Assembly (NCBI GenBank): GCA_965219995.1
Contig: CBDCOX010000002.1
Coordinates: 2,592,001-2,656,000, forward strand
DNA from: Candidatus Latescibacterota bacterium
Lineage (GTDB): Bacteria > Latescibacterota > UBA2968 > GCA-2709665
Direction of reading: 5' to 3'
DNA length: 64,000 nucleotides
Below, piece by piece: positions 38,969 through 48,002 of the stretch; the stretch's first letter is position 1, and each line of letters begins with the position of its first letter. The notes below the pieces were generated by a model, which saw nothing but the letters and a program-made list of their open reading frames with translations, ran no database searches and was not told the DNA's origin. The translations under genes and the position numbers were made by a program.

Positions 38969-39172
38969 CTAAAATGTACCTCTTGGCCTTTCCGGCTCCG
39001 GCAACGTTACGCCGAATATCTCCGCGACCCAATTTCTGAGAAGACGGCCCAACCCGGCGTCGCCACCGGAAATCTGCGCGGTCTGGCCTGCGGTCAGGTC
39101 TTCCGTCTGAACCGGCAGACGGGCCGGAACTTCGTGAGACGCCGCAGGGCTCGATGCAATTCTTCTGTTCAT
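38969..39172 (-). CDS. Double-glycine precursor peptide B (67 aa; 30-aa core DAGLGRLLRNWVAEIFGVTLPEPERPRGTF)
   Basis: AAAGGAGGTG RBS before ATG 39172; leader ends LPVQTEDLTAGQTAQISGG; hidden inside the longer 177-aa ORF of the track. Confidence 0.8.
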   Translation of the reverse strand: MNRRIASSPAASHEVPARLPVQTEDLTAGQTAQISGGDAGLGRLLRNWVAEIFGVTLPEPERPRGTF

Positions 39173-39398
39173 GTCTCTCACCTCCTTTCTCCAGCATCCT
39201 CGCGACGTCCGGACAATCGTGTTGCCCCTCCGATCACCGGATTCGCGCCGCGCGGATGCATTGATGTCCGAAGCGTCTGTAACCCTTCTTCCTCCCGAGG
39301 CATTCGCCCCTCGGGAGGCGGCTTCGGCTTTGAACCAATGGGTACGTTTTGTTGCAGAACGCGAGCGCGGTCTGCAACGCTGTCGACGCATTGGAACC

Positions 39399-39413
39399 GC
39401 AAGGACTGTGCCA
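39399..39413 (-). promoter_or_regulatory. Sigma-54 (-24/-12) promoter upstream of the precursor genes
   Basis: Minus strand TGGCACAGTCCTTGC = TGGCAC-N5-TTGC consensus. Confidence 0.75.
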
Positions 39414-39584
39414 CTCGCGACACCCCCCGGCATAACTGTCTGGCCTGCAAATGCGAATCGATTTGGAGGCTTCCGGGAGGCCGACGTCTCTCGGCGAATC
39501 ATTGAAATTTGTGTTCCATTCTGCGTCAGTCAGATGAAAACATATTGCCTGTGGCGCCTCAGAGAATCCACCCGGGACCGATGC

Positions 39585-39615
39585 AAAAAAACACCGGCGA
39601 CATAGGTCACCGGTG
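39585..39615 (-). terminator. Possible intrinsic terminator (or palindromic regulator site)
   Basis: Minus strand CACCGGTGAC-CTAT-GTCGCCGGTG followed by T7. Confidence 0.5.
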
Positions 39616-39885
39616 CATTCATCGAGAACAAAAAGGGGTTATGTCACCCCTTGTTCCGCCGAGAATGATCGGATAGGCAGGAAGACAATGAGAAGCGAAG
39701 AGGACCCGCAATCGGCCGTTTCAAATGACAAGAATTCCGGTTGCCGAGGTTCTGGGATATCGTTAAACTTGGAGACAATGTGGTAGAGCGCGCAACGGAA
39801 CGCCAGTTTGATGAAGCTCTTCGAACTGCAGCGTCTCCAATGGGCCCGAACTGCGTCCCACCTCCACGCCAGCCCAACGAAATCC

Positions 39886-40329
39886 ATGCCTCAATTCGGA
39901 AAAATCCTGTCTCCCACGTTCGGGAAATTCCTGGTCACCGGTCTGGGCGGCGTATTCGTCAATCTCGGTTCGTTTCAACTGATGCTCACGCTCGGCGTGC
40001 ACCCGCTGCTGGCGTCGCCAATTGCGATCGAGCTTTCGATCATCTCCAATTTCCTGCTCAACAACTACTGGACCTTCCGCGACCGCTCGCTGTCCGGAAG
40101 GCGGCGGATCCGGGGGTTGAAGTATCATGTTGTTTCGTTTGTGACGCTGTTGCTGAGCTACGGCACCTTCGTGTTGCTCTCCGTGTTGTTCACGGATGTG
40201 CCGCTGATCATCCTGCAGGGATGCGCGATCGCCCCGGCCGGCGTGCTGAACTACTCCGCCAACTCTCTCTGGACGTTTCGTGAAGCAGCGAATGAGGATA
40301 GCAGCGACGTCCGGGACGGAACGGGATGA
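39886..40329 (+). CDS. GtrA family protein (lipid-linked sugar translocase)
   Basis: KFLVTGLGGVFVNLG, ELSIISNFLLNNYWTFR, NY..N..WTF; ATGA overlap with the next gene. Confidence 0.9.
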   Translation: MPQFGKILSPTFGKFLVTGLGGVFVNLGSFQLMLTLGVHPLLASPIAIELSIISNFLLNNYWTFRDRSLSGRRRIRGLKYHVVSFVTLLLSYGTFVLLSVLFTDVPLIILQGCAIAPAGVLNYSANSLWTFREAANEDSSDVRDGTG

Positions 40330-42407
40330 ATCGCGCGCGCGCCAGGCCTGAAGCATTCGAACCGACCCGCGACGCCGCCGCTCTGGCCGCGTCCATCCTT
40401 GGTCCCCTCGCCCTGTACGTGCTTACGATGCCGCGAACCGTTGTTCTGGAAGACGACGGTTTGTTTCTGATGGCCGGCGCGCACCTGGGCGTGGCCCATC
40501 CGCCTGGATACCCTCTTTACACGTTTATTGTCTATCTCTTCACCCTGTTGCCCTTCGGCAGCGCCGCCTTCCTCGGCCATCTGTCCAGTGCGGTGCTCGG
40601 AGCCTCCGCGTGCGGCTGTGTTTACGTCTGCGGTCGCCTGATCGGCACCTCCCCCATTCCCGCCCTGACGGCCGCCTTGCTTTTTGCCGCCTCGGAGCAT
40701 GTCTGGGCTCAGGCCATTGTCACCGAGGTCTACACGCTCAATGCGCTGTTTTTCTTCGGCATCTACGCACTGCTTTTGTATGGCGTCCGCCACCCTGACA
40801 GCGCCGGTATCTGGATCGCCGCCGCGGCCGCCTACGGATTGAGCCTGGCCAATCACGTGCCTCTTATGGTGCTGTCTGCGCCGGGGCTGGCATTGCTCGC
40901 CTTTTCCGTACGGCGGCGTCTATACAGCAAACTTCCACTGCTCCTGGCCATTCTCGTGTGCGGAGCCGCATTGCCCTATGCCTGGATGGTATGGCGGTCG
41001 CATCAGGAACCCTTGATCAATTTCTACGGCTCTATCGATTCCCTGAAGGACTTCTGGTTCTACTTCAGCAGGAAGGGGTACATCGAAGTCGATATCAGCC
41101 CCAGCGCTGGTTGGATCGACCGATTCAGGTTCATGCATTGGCTTGGCAACGAGTTTCTGTGGCAACTCACGCTGCCGGGATTCGCGCTCGCCGTACTCGG
41201 CCTGGTCGTTCTTTTGCGGAGGCGGCAGGTCGCGGTTGCTGCATCGGGACTGCTGGTCTTCCTGGCAAACAGCGTACTGCTGATCGTGCTGCTCCGCTTC
41301 GATTTCGACTATTTCCAGGTTGCGGTCTTCCGGCCCTATTCAATCTTGTGTTACGGTCTGCTGGCGTTGTGGCTGGGCATTGGATTGCAGTTTGCCTTCA
41401 ACCGGTTGAGATGGACGCCGGCCAACCGTCCTTCGCGCAAGAAGATGATTAATTCGGGTGCGACAACGCTCGCCTGCATTCTTCTGGTCGGGTGGACGGT
41501 ACGTGCGCACTGGCAGGCCAACGATAGAGCCGACGCCGTGTTCGCGGAACACTACGCTGAACTGCAGTTCGACCTCCTGCCAAGAGACGCGGTACTGTTC
41601 GTATTCGGCGACGCCACCGGCCCGACAGGCTACTACAGATATGTCGAACAGCGGCGTCCGGATGTCACGCTGTACAATCTGCAGGGACTCGTCTACGGCG
41701 ATCGCCTGTTCAACCCGTTCATGTCGACGAAGAAGAAGAATGAGGTCCTCGAACGATTCATCGATTCGAACGAACGGGCGATATTCCTGCCGCTGGACGT
41801 CGATACGTATCCCAGCCGCGAACTACGGATCTATGGCTTGCTAATGGAGGCGGCCAGGGGCGGCAAACCCGGAACGATAAAGTTGAAGCGCCATCCCCGC
41901 GGAGAGGAATTCTTCGTCCAGCTCGTCAATCAGCGTCCCACGGACCGCTGGGAGCGCGTCCGGCGAAACGAAATGTTGTTCCACTACGGGCGTTATCTGG
42001 GGTTGGCCTTTTTCACCGGAGACCCGATATTCCAACAGATGCAGGAACCGTTCCGGCTCGCGCACGAGAGCTATGCAAGCCTCATCGGGATGGCTACCGT
42101 CGTCCTTGATAACGGAAATGCCGCTCATTGGCCGCAGGTCGCCGAATGGCTGACCCGCGCGGAGGGCCTCAGGCACGAAGCACTGAAAAAGAAAACCCTT
42201 GCGGAACTGTATTTCCACAAGGGAAGACTGCTGCAGAATCAGGGACGAACGAACGCCGCCGTCGCGTCGTTCAGGAAGTCCCGGGACATTTATCCCCATC
42301 CACGGAACAAGGCGCTCAAAGCCCTGGATCAATACAAAATCGACTTCAAGCGGGTCGTTCCCGCCGGTCCAAAAACCCCGAATCCCAGTGTGCCCTCGCC
42401 CCGATAG
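40326..42407 (+). CDS. DUF2723/TMEM260-like GT-C membrane glycosyltransferase with a C-terminal TPR
   Basis: LYVLT.P.TV..ED.G, LGVAHPPGYPLY, WAQAIVTEVYTLN, GLSLANH, FGD, RRPDV. Confidence 0.88.
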   Translation: MNRARARPEAFEPTRDAAALAASILGPLALYVLTMPRTVVLEDDGLFLMAGAHLGVAHPPGYPLYTFIVYLFTLLPFGSAAFLGHLSSAVLGASACGCVYVCGRLIGTSPIPALTAALLFAASEHVWAQAIVTEVYTLNALFFFGIYALLLYGVRHPDSAGIWIAAAAAYGLSLANHVPLMVLSAPGLALLAFSVRRRLYSKLPLLLAILVCGAALPYAWMVWRSHQEPLINFYGSIDSLKDFWFYFSRKGYIEVDISPSAGWIDRFRFMHWLGNEFLWQLTLPGFALAVLGLVVLLRRRQVAVAASGLLVFLANSVLLIVLLRFDFDYFQVAVFRPYSILCYGLLALWLGIGLQFAFNRLRWTPANRPSRKKMINSGATTLACILLVGWTVRAHWQANDRADAVFAEHYAELQFDLLPRDAVLFVFGDATGPTGYYRYVEQRRPDVTLYNLQGLVYGDRLFNPFMSTKKKNEVLERFIDSNERAIFLPLDVDTYPSRELRIYGLLMEAARGGKPGTIKLKRHPRGEEFFVQLVNQRPTDRWERVRRNEMLFHYGRYLGLAFFTGDPIFQQMQEPFRLAHESYASLIGMATVVLDNGNAAHWPQVAEWLTRAEGLRHEALKKKTLAELYFHKGRLLQNQGRTNAAVASFRKSRDIYPHPRNKALKALDQYKIDFKRVVPAGPKTPNPSVPSPR

Positions 42408-42513
42408 TCTCAGCCCCGTTCCCCCAAATTCAGCGAACCATTCCCGGGTCAGGTGCTCCGAATCGCCCGCAGGAACAATGGCGATCTGACCCACGATCAT
42501 GCCGCGAGCTACC

Positions 42514-42927
42514 TCAGCCGTGTATCTGGTCCAACTCCGGTAGCAGCCGGACGCTTTCCTGCTCGTTCGGATCTGTGCGGGCGATCACGGCGGTGCAGGT
42601 TTCGGTGTCGCTGGCGTTGTAAGGAAGATGTGGCACGCCGGGCGGGATATAGACGAAATCTCCGCTGTTGACGGACACGTGCTCCTCCAGGCTGTCTCCG
42701 TACCACATTCCCGACTTGCCGCTGATGACATAGACCGCGGTCTCGTGGTCTTCGTGCAGGTGTGCCCTGGCGCGTTCGCCGGGCGGAATCGACAGCAGGT
42801 GCATGCACAAACCGCGGGCGCCGGTGTTCTCGGCCATGACACCCTCGCGATACGTAAAGTCCTGCTTGCCGGTGAAGCGTTTCTGCGAGCGAATCAGCTT
42901 GCATGTCGGAGCGGTTGTCGACGGCAT
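42514..42927 (-). CDS. Cupin domain protein
   Basis: AHLHEDHETAVYVISG and GDFVYIPPGVPHLP cupin motifs. Confidence 0.92.
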   Translation of the reverse strand: MPSTTAPTCKLIRSQKRFTGKQDFTYREGVMAENTGARGLCMHLLSIPPGERARAHLHEDHETAVYVISGKSGMWYGDSLEEHVSVNSGDFVYIPPGVPHLPYNASDTETCTAVIARTDPNEQESVRLLPELDQIHG

Positions 42928-43000
42928 GATTTCAATCTCCAGGATTCGATGGTAAATGCGAACCGATTTAGAGTCGTTTCAGAGTCTTCCGACCTCCCGT

Positions 43001-43768
43001 TCAGGTCTTCACCGCCCGACAGCAGAAAACCGGCCAGCAAAACGCGAAGTCGTCGTTGCCCGAACGGCAAATCCCGAACTCGCTCTTCACCTTCTCCGGC
43101 GCCGCGGCGAAGTCCCGATGCAAGGCTGCCGATGCCGATGCAGGCGTACCGGACCTGTCAACCCACTCTCGAAGCGTCATGTCCACCCGTGTCGCAGCGT
43201 CATGCGTGATGTCGAAACCGGTGTGGGAGACGTACCTGCGCCACTCGGACGGCGTTTGCGCCGTTGCATGCGTGGGGTCCCGCGCAACCTCCACCCGATG
43301 ATGCCAGGCCGCGACGTCCGGGTCTTCCGACGTCGTGGTGTCACAAAGAAGAAAGACGCCTCCGGGTCTCAACACCCGGTGGACCTCCGACAGAAACCTC
43401 CCGATGTCCTGAAAATGGTGGGGCGCGGTCCGGCAGGTGACCAGGTCGATCGAAGCGTCCGGATACGGAATGTCGCCGGCATCGATTTTCTCGAACCGGA
43501 CGTTTGCGATGCCGCGTTCCGCCGCGATCCTCCGGGCCTGCTCCAGCATCCCCCGCGCGATGTCCGAAGCGACAATTGTGTCACAGAACTCCGCAACCGC
43601 GAACGCGGTGAAGCCGGGACCGGTGGCGATATCCAGACCCAGCGGGTAGCGATCGAGCGATGCCCACGCCTTCATGATGCGCAGACTGTCTCCTGACGAA
43701 TGCGCCTCGCTCGCCGCGTACTTCGCCGCCTGGCGATGGAACTGCTCCCCTGCTGAATTCAATCTCAT
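43001..43768 (-). CDS. Class I SAM-dependent methyltransferase
   Basis: LDIATGPG, DLVTCRTAPHHF, RVLRPGG. Confidence 0.92.
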   Translation of the reverse strand: MRLNSAGEQFHRQAAKYAASEAHSSGDSLRIMKAWASLDRYPLGLDIATGPGFTAFAVAEFCDTIVASDIARGMLEQARRIAAERGIANVRFEKIDAGDIPYPDASIDLVTCRTAPHHFQDIGRFLSEVHRVLRPGGVFLLCDTTTSEDPDVAAWHHRVEVARDPTHATAQTPSEWRRYVSHTGFDITHDAATRVDMTLREWVDRSGTPASASAALHRDFAAAPEKVKSEFGICRSGNDDFAFCWPVFCCRAVKT

Positions 43769-43823
43769 TCCCGCAGTTGTACCTTGTTCCTCAGGTCAAA
43801 CCACCATAATCCGACACGGCCGC

Positions 43824-44960
43824 TCACGCCGCGCCCAGGACCTCCCGCAGGCGTCGGGCGACGACGGCAAGGTCTTCGTCCGTCAACGTGGGCACCGACA
43901 CGTGGAGCGCGTTTGCGCTTTCCCCGAGCACGATACGGGGCCGGCCGGCCTTCAATTCGGCCAGGACCTGCGACCGGGTCTTACCCACTGCATTCTCGTC
44001 GAACCGGATCAGCAGCCCGCTTCCGAGCCCGCGTCGTTCGGTTACATGCTCAACTTCGATGTCAGAAATTCCTTCCAACTTGCGGTATAGTTCGTCTGCC
44101 TTGCGCCGGTGATCGGCGAAGCGCGCGTCGTGGTCCATTTCGAACCATTCCTTCAGCGCGGTGGTGACGGCGATCACCTCCTGCCGGTCCACCTTCATCG
44201 GGCGGCCCACCGTGCGCCGTTCCTCGGTCTCGAATCCGATGAAACCCTGCGTGAAAGCCGCGTCCACCAGATCCTTCCGCCCGCACATGATCCCGGTGGA
44301 GTTGCACGCGCCGAAGTATTTCGCACCGTACCCCACCACGTCCGCGCCCATCCCCGGATACCGGCACATTTCGTCCAGCGGGAATATCCGTGAGGCAGCG
44401 TCTACGAGAACGGGCACACCATGCGCTTTTGCGATATCGATCGCGTCCACCAGCGGCACGACGCCTTCACCGCCTCCGGGCGCGACGTAGAGCAGGCCGG
44501 CCGTTCGCCCGGTCATCCCCGCCTCCAACTGGCTTCCGGTCGTGCCGTTCGCGTCTCCCACCTCCACCAGCTTTCCGCCGTACACGGTCACACAGCGTTC
44601 GTATTTGTAACGCTGCCGGGACTGAATCAGGAACTCGTCGCGCATCCCTGTGGTGTCCGGCAACCGTTCCATCTTTCCGGGGTCGTTGCCCGTCATGCAC
44701 GCCGCCGACCCCAGCGACAGCACCGAGGCGCATCCGGGCGTAACAAGGGCCGCCTCCGCCCCCAGCATCCCGGCGATCACGTCGCCCGAACGCTTCAGCA
44801 GTTCCTTCATATCCACAAAATACCGGTTCGCGTCCTGCATGGCCCGGAGCACGCCCGGAGACAGCCGCGAACCGCCCAGTACGGTCTGGCTGCCCATCGC
44901 GTTGATCACGGGGTTCACACCCAGGTCCTCGTAGATCCTGCGTCCTCTTTCGCTGTCCAT
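43824..44960 (-). CDS. SelA-like PLP-dependent enzyme (DgaE/D-glucosaminate-6-phosphate ammonia-lyase-like)
   Basis: PVINAMGSQTVLGGS, PVLVDAA, GAD...YGAK, GRPMKVDRQE; lacks the SelA N-terminal domain. Confidence 0.8.
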   Translation of the reverse strand: MDSERGRRIYEDLGVNPVINAMGSQTVLGGSRLSPGVLRAMQDANRYFVDMKELLKRSGDVIAGMLGAEAALVTPGCASVLSLGSAACMTGNDPGKMERLPDTTGMRDEFLIQSRQRYKYERCVTVYGGKLVEVGDANGTTGSQLEAGMTGRTAGLLYVAPGGGEGVVPLVDAIDIAKAHGVPVLVDAASRIFPLDEMCRYPGMGADVVGYGAKYFGACNSTGIMCGRKDLVDAAFTQGFIGFETEERRTVGRPMKVDRQEVIAVTTALKEWFEMDHDARFADHRRKADELYRKLEGISDIEVEHVTERRGLGSGLLIRFDENAVGKTRSQVLAELKAGRPRIVLGESANALHVSVPTLTDEDLAVVARRLREVLGAA

Positions 44961-45094
44961 ACGCACCTCTTTTACAGGAAATGTCCGACGCGCAGACTGA
45001 AGATCGGCGGCGGCATTCGGTTCCGACGCCGCCGACAAGATACCTTTGGCGATTTAATCGATCAATTTCTTTCTGACAGCAGACCATACGACAA

Positions 45095-45117
45095 AGGGCG
45101 ACCACAAGGGTCGCCCC
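45095..45117. repeat. REP-like palindromic element
   Basis: AGGGCGACC-ACAAG-GGTCGCCCC hairpin in intergenic DNA, resembling GTAG-type REP stems; the GTAG tail is degenerate. Confidence 0.5.
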
Positions 45118-45366
45118 GGCATTCGAAGACGCAACGGTGCGACGGTTTCACTACACAAGGCAGTTCAGCCCTGCGTCAACGTCATCACTCGCCAACGGGC
45201 TTCCAGCGCCGGCCCGTCGCGCCGACGTATTCCGCCCGCGCGCACGGTACGTGGGCGAACTCCCGGAGGAGACAACGTCGACCCGATAACGCATGAAAAA
45301 CGGGGATCCCGTTCCCGATCCACCGGAAGGAATCCCCGCGCCATTCGCGCCTTCAATCGGCTCTTG

Positions 45367-46476
45367 CTATAGCCGAGGGCGGCTGCCCGTCCCGTACCCC
45401 ACGAGTTCCACGTAACCCCGCCCCATCGGCCTGCCGTCCAGGCCGGTGATTTTCACCGCGCCCTCCCAGTAGAACATGGACTTCATCAGGTCGCTGCGAT
45501 TCTCCTGGTCCGCCATCACCGGCAGGACGAGCATTCGCAATCCCTCGCCCGGCAGCGCGACCTCCCACCCCGCGGGGTAGACCGCATCCGTCCGGGGACT
45601 CTCCCACGTTGCGGTCGACCGCACGGAAAACTCATCGGGCGCCAGGTACCGCGCCTCGCCCGACGTCGGGACCAATGTCCCTCGCGAAAAATCCACGGCG
45701 CCAGTCGTATCGCGAAGCACGTACAGCATCGCTTCACGGCCGTCGTCAAGCTGCAGGCTGAACCAGTCCCATCCCGCCTGATGGGGTTCGAGTTGTTGCG
45801 ACCCGAATTCCTTGTCCATCCAGCTCTGGCCGGTTACCGCCAACCGCTCATCGGCCAGCCTGATCTCGCCGGTCGTCTCCAGGCGCGTAAAGCTGTAATA
45901 CTGGCTGGCAGACGACGGTCCCTCTCCTTTTCGGCTGTATCCGTCCGGACCCTGAAACACCAGCGGCTTTGCCGGTCGGGTCGACAGCGAAAACGCGATT
46001 CCCTGCCGGACGTCCATCATCGAAAAATCGAAACCGGACCCGTTCCAGCGCAGGGTCCAAATGCCTTCCGTACCCGCGGGTGCCCGGCTCCAGGCGATAA
46101 GCGTACCGGGATACGCGCCGAACCCGCCCAGCAGCGGCGTGACCCGGTAGATGACCTCGCTGAACAAATGCCGTCCCGCAGCCGGGTCGCCGATGGCCGC
46201 GTGGCCCATGATCAGTTCGCCGGTCGCCCATTCCGATGCCAGCGAAGGCGTGCGGGGCAACATCCCGACCCTGAAGAAGGTGAACTGGTACCCGAAACGC
46301 CGGCCGTCCGCGGACGCCAGATGCCCTGTAAAGTACCACCATTCGGTCTTGTATCCGTCTCTTGCCCAGTGATCGCGCGGGAACGCCCACGCGTAATCGG
46401 GTCGTGCCGCCTTCCACTCCCCGGCATGGACCGAGGATGCGGCGGCGAGCAGGCAAAGAGCGAGCGCGACCCTCAT
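45367..46476 (-). CDS. AttH/CrtC-like lipocalin-domain exported protein (carotenoid 1,2-hydratase family)
   Basis: Signal peptide, FPRDH, EWWYFTGHL, FGYQFTFFR, YYS.TRL, SWMDKEF, GWDWFSLQL, YWEGAV, GYVELVGY. Confidence 0.88.
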   Translation of the reverse strand: MRVALALCLLAAASSVHAGEWKAARPDYAWAFPRDHWARDGYKTEWWYFTGHLASADGRRFGYQFTFFRVGMLPRTPSLASEWATGELIMGHAAIGDPAAGRHLFSEVIYRVTPLLGGFGAYPGTLIAWSRAPAGTEGIWTLRWNGSGFDFSMMDVRQGIAFSLSTRPAKPLVFQGPDGYSRKGEGPSSASQYYSFTRLETTGEIRLADERLAVTGQSWMDKEFGSQQLEPHQAGWDWFSLQLDDGREAMLYVLRDTTGAVDFSRGTLVPTSGEARYLAPDEFSVRSTATWESPRTDAVYPAGWEVALPGEGLRMLVLPVMADQENRSDLMKSMFYWEGAVKITGLDGRPMGRGYVELVGYGTGSRPRL

Positions 46477-46529
46477 TCTGTTAAACCACGAGCGGGCGCG
46501 CTTGATTTTTATCGTCACAGAGGTCAACC

Positions 46530-47972
46530 CTATACCAGCCCCGCGAAGCCTTCCCGCCCTCGGCGGAAGAGTTCCCGCACGTCTTCCCGCTGCCGGTCGG
46601 TGTTGTAGCGTCCCCAGGTGTCGATCCATTTCAGCGAGTCGTCGATTCCGTTCATGAAATATCGGGCGGAATCGACTCTTTCGACGGGCGGACGGCCGCA
46701 CGAAAAATAGACCGGGCTGCTGTGGGCGTAGATGGACTGGTCGAAGCTGTCGCGACCGTCACCCCAGAGCCGCGCGGCGATCCAGCCGTCGCGATCGACC
46801 TCCACGCGGTGGCGGACGGCGCCGTTGCGTCCGCCTTCCGCATCGCTCTCGCTGTGAATCACGCGGCCGTTCATCACGATCTCCGCGCGATGAACCGGGT
46901 AGAATGACGTATAATTCGCCTCGACGTCGAGCGAACCGCCGGTGGGCAACTGAACCGTAGATCCCATCGGTTGGTCGTTGACGCGCAGGTCGACGGCGGG
47001 GCCATTGGTGATGAACGTATTGCCCGCCTTCATGCCGGCGATCCAGTTTTCGTAGGAGAATGTATCACTGGTGTTGACGTACACCCGGTTGTTGGAGCAG
47101 ACAAACCAGTCCGTACCTGTGGAGGCGGGCAGGGCGATGCCGCAGTTGAGCAGCTTGTACCAGAGATCGTATTCGGGGTCCATCCAGAAGGGATCGAACA
47201 GATTGAAGGCGTCCAGCTTCCCAAGCACCGCGGCAACCGGGGCCTCCATCCCGCGGCCGTTGTGGCACCAGATGACAATGCCGCCCTGGTCGCGGGCTTC
47301 GTCGCAGCAGAAACACAGGGGAGGGTAGTCCGGGTCGAACTGCGCGGTGAGGATGTGGCCGCGGCTCACGGGCTGGACGAGATTCCGGATGTTGAGAAAC
47401 ATCACGTGGCCGTATCCGAAGCCCCATGGCGAGTTTTCGCCGTAGTGGCGGTTCTCTTCGCCGATGTCGAGGACGTGATGGGCGGTGGTGAAGTCGTTCA
47501 TCACGCCGATGGGATATTTGTTGCTGGCGTACGGAAGTTGCCGCCTGTCCAGAACGCTGACGGCGGTCACATTATAGCCTTCGACGCTGCAGTCGATGGC
47601 CAGCCTGTCGTCGGGGCGCGTTTCCTTTTCGTCGTAGTGGATGTGGGTGTTACCGGGATACCAGTTGTTTTCCTGCGGGAAATACCACCGGTTCAGGACG
47701 ATTTCGACGTCCTTCGCCCCGTGTTCGGGCATGTCGACAACCGTGCGCAGGGGCTCGTATTCGGTTCCGCGCTCCACCAGTACGTCGGTACGGCCGCGAC
47801 CCGTCCGAACCTCGAAGGAACCGTCACTGAAGAAAAACGGCGTACCGGGGCCACGCTTGAGCACGGCGTCGCGTGGATGCGTAAAACGGCCGTCGGAAGT
47901 CAGAACGTGGACCTTGGCGTCGATTGGCTCTCCCGTCGCGCCGTCGACAATTTGCCCTCTCAAGATACCCAT
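46530..47972 (-). CDS. CehA/McbA family PHP-like metallohydrolase
   Basis: VERGTEY, WYPGNTHIH, GEE, GH, WYKLLNCG...ASTGTD, GNTFITNGP, AHSSPVY. Confidence 0.85.
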   Translation of the reverse strand: MGILRGQIVDGATGEPIDAKVHVLTSDGRFTHPRDAVLKRGPGTPFFFSDGSFEVRTGRGRTDVLVERGTEYEPLRTVVDMPEHGAKDVEIVLNRWYFPQENNWYPGNTHIHYDEKETRPDDRLAIDCSVEGYNVTAVSVLDRRQLPYASNKYPIGVMNDFTTAHHVLDIGEENRHYGENSPWGFGYGHVMFLNIRNLVQPVSRGHILTAQFDPDYPPLCFCCDEARDQGGIVIWCHNGRGMEAPVAAVLGKLDAFNLFDPFWMDPEYDLWYKLLNCGIALPASTGTDWFVCSNNRVYVNTSDTFSYENWIAGMKAGNTFITNGPAVDLRVNDQPMGSTVQLPTGGSLDVEANYTSFYPVHRAEIVMNGRVIHSESDAEGGRNGAVRHRVEVDRDGWIAARLWGDGRDSFDQSIYAHSSPVYFSCGRPPVERVDSARYFMNGIDDSLKWIDTWGRYNTDRQREDVRELFRRGREGFAGLV

Positions 47973-48002
47973 AGTAGACTCCTGGATTGGACGTACGCCG
48001 GC

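Noticed and set aside
43824-44960. Calling this gene selA because selD is in the window
   Set aside because: It is too short, lacks the SelA N-terminal domain, has DgaE-like motifs and lies 16 kb from selD.
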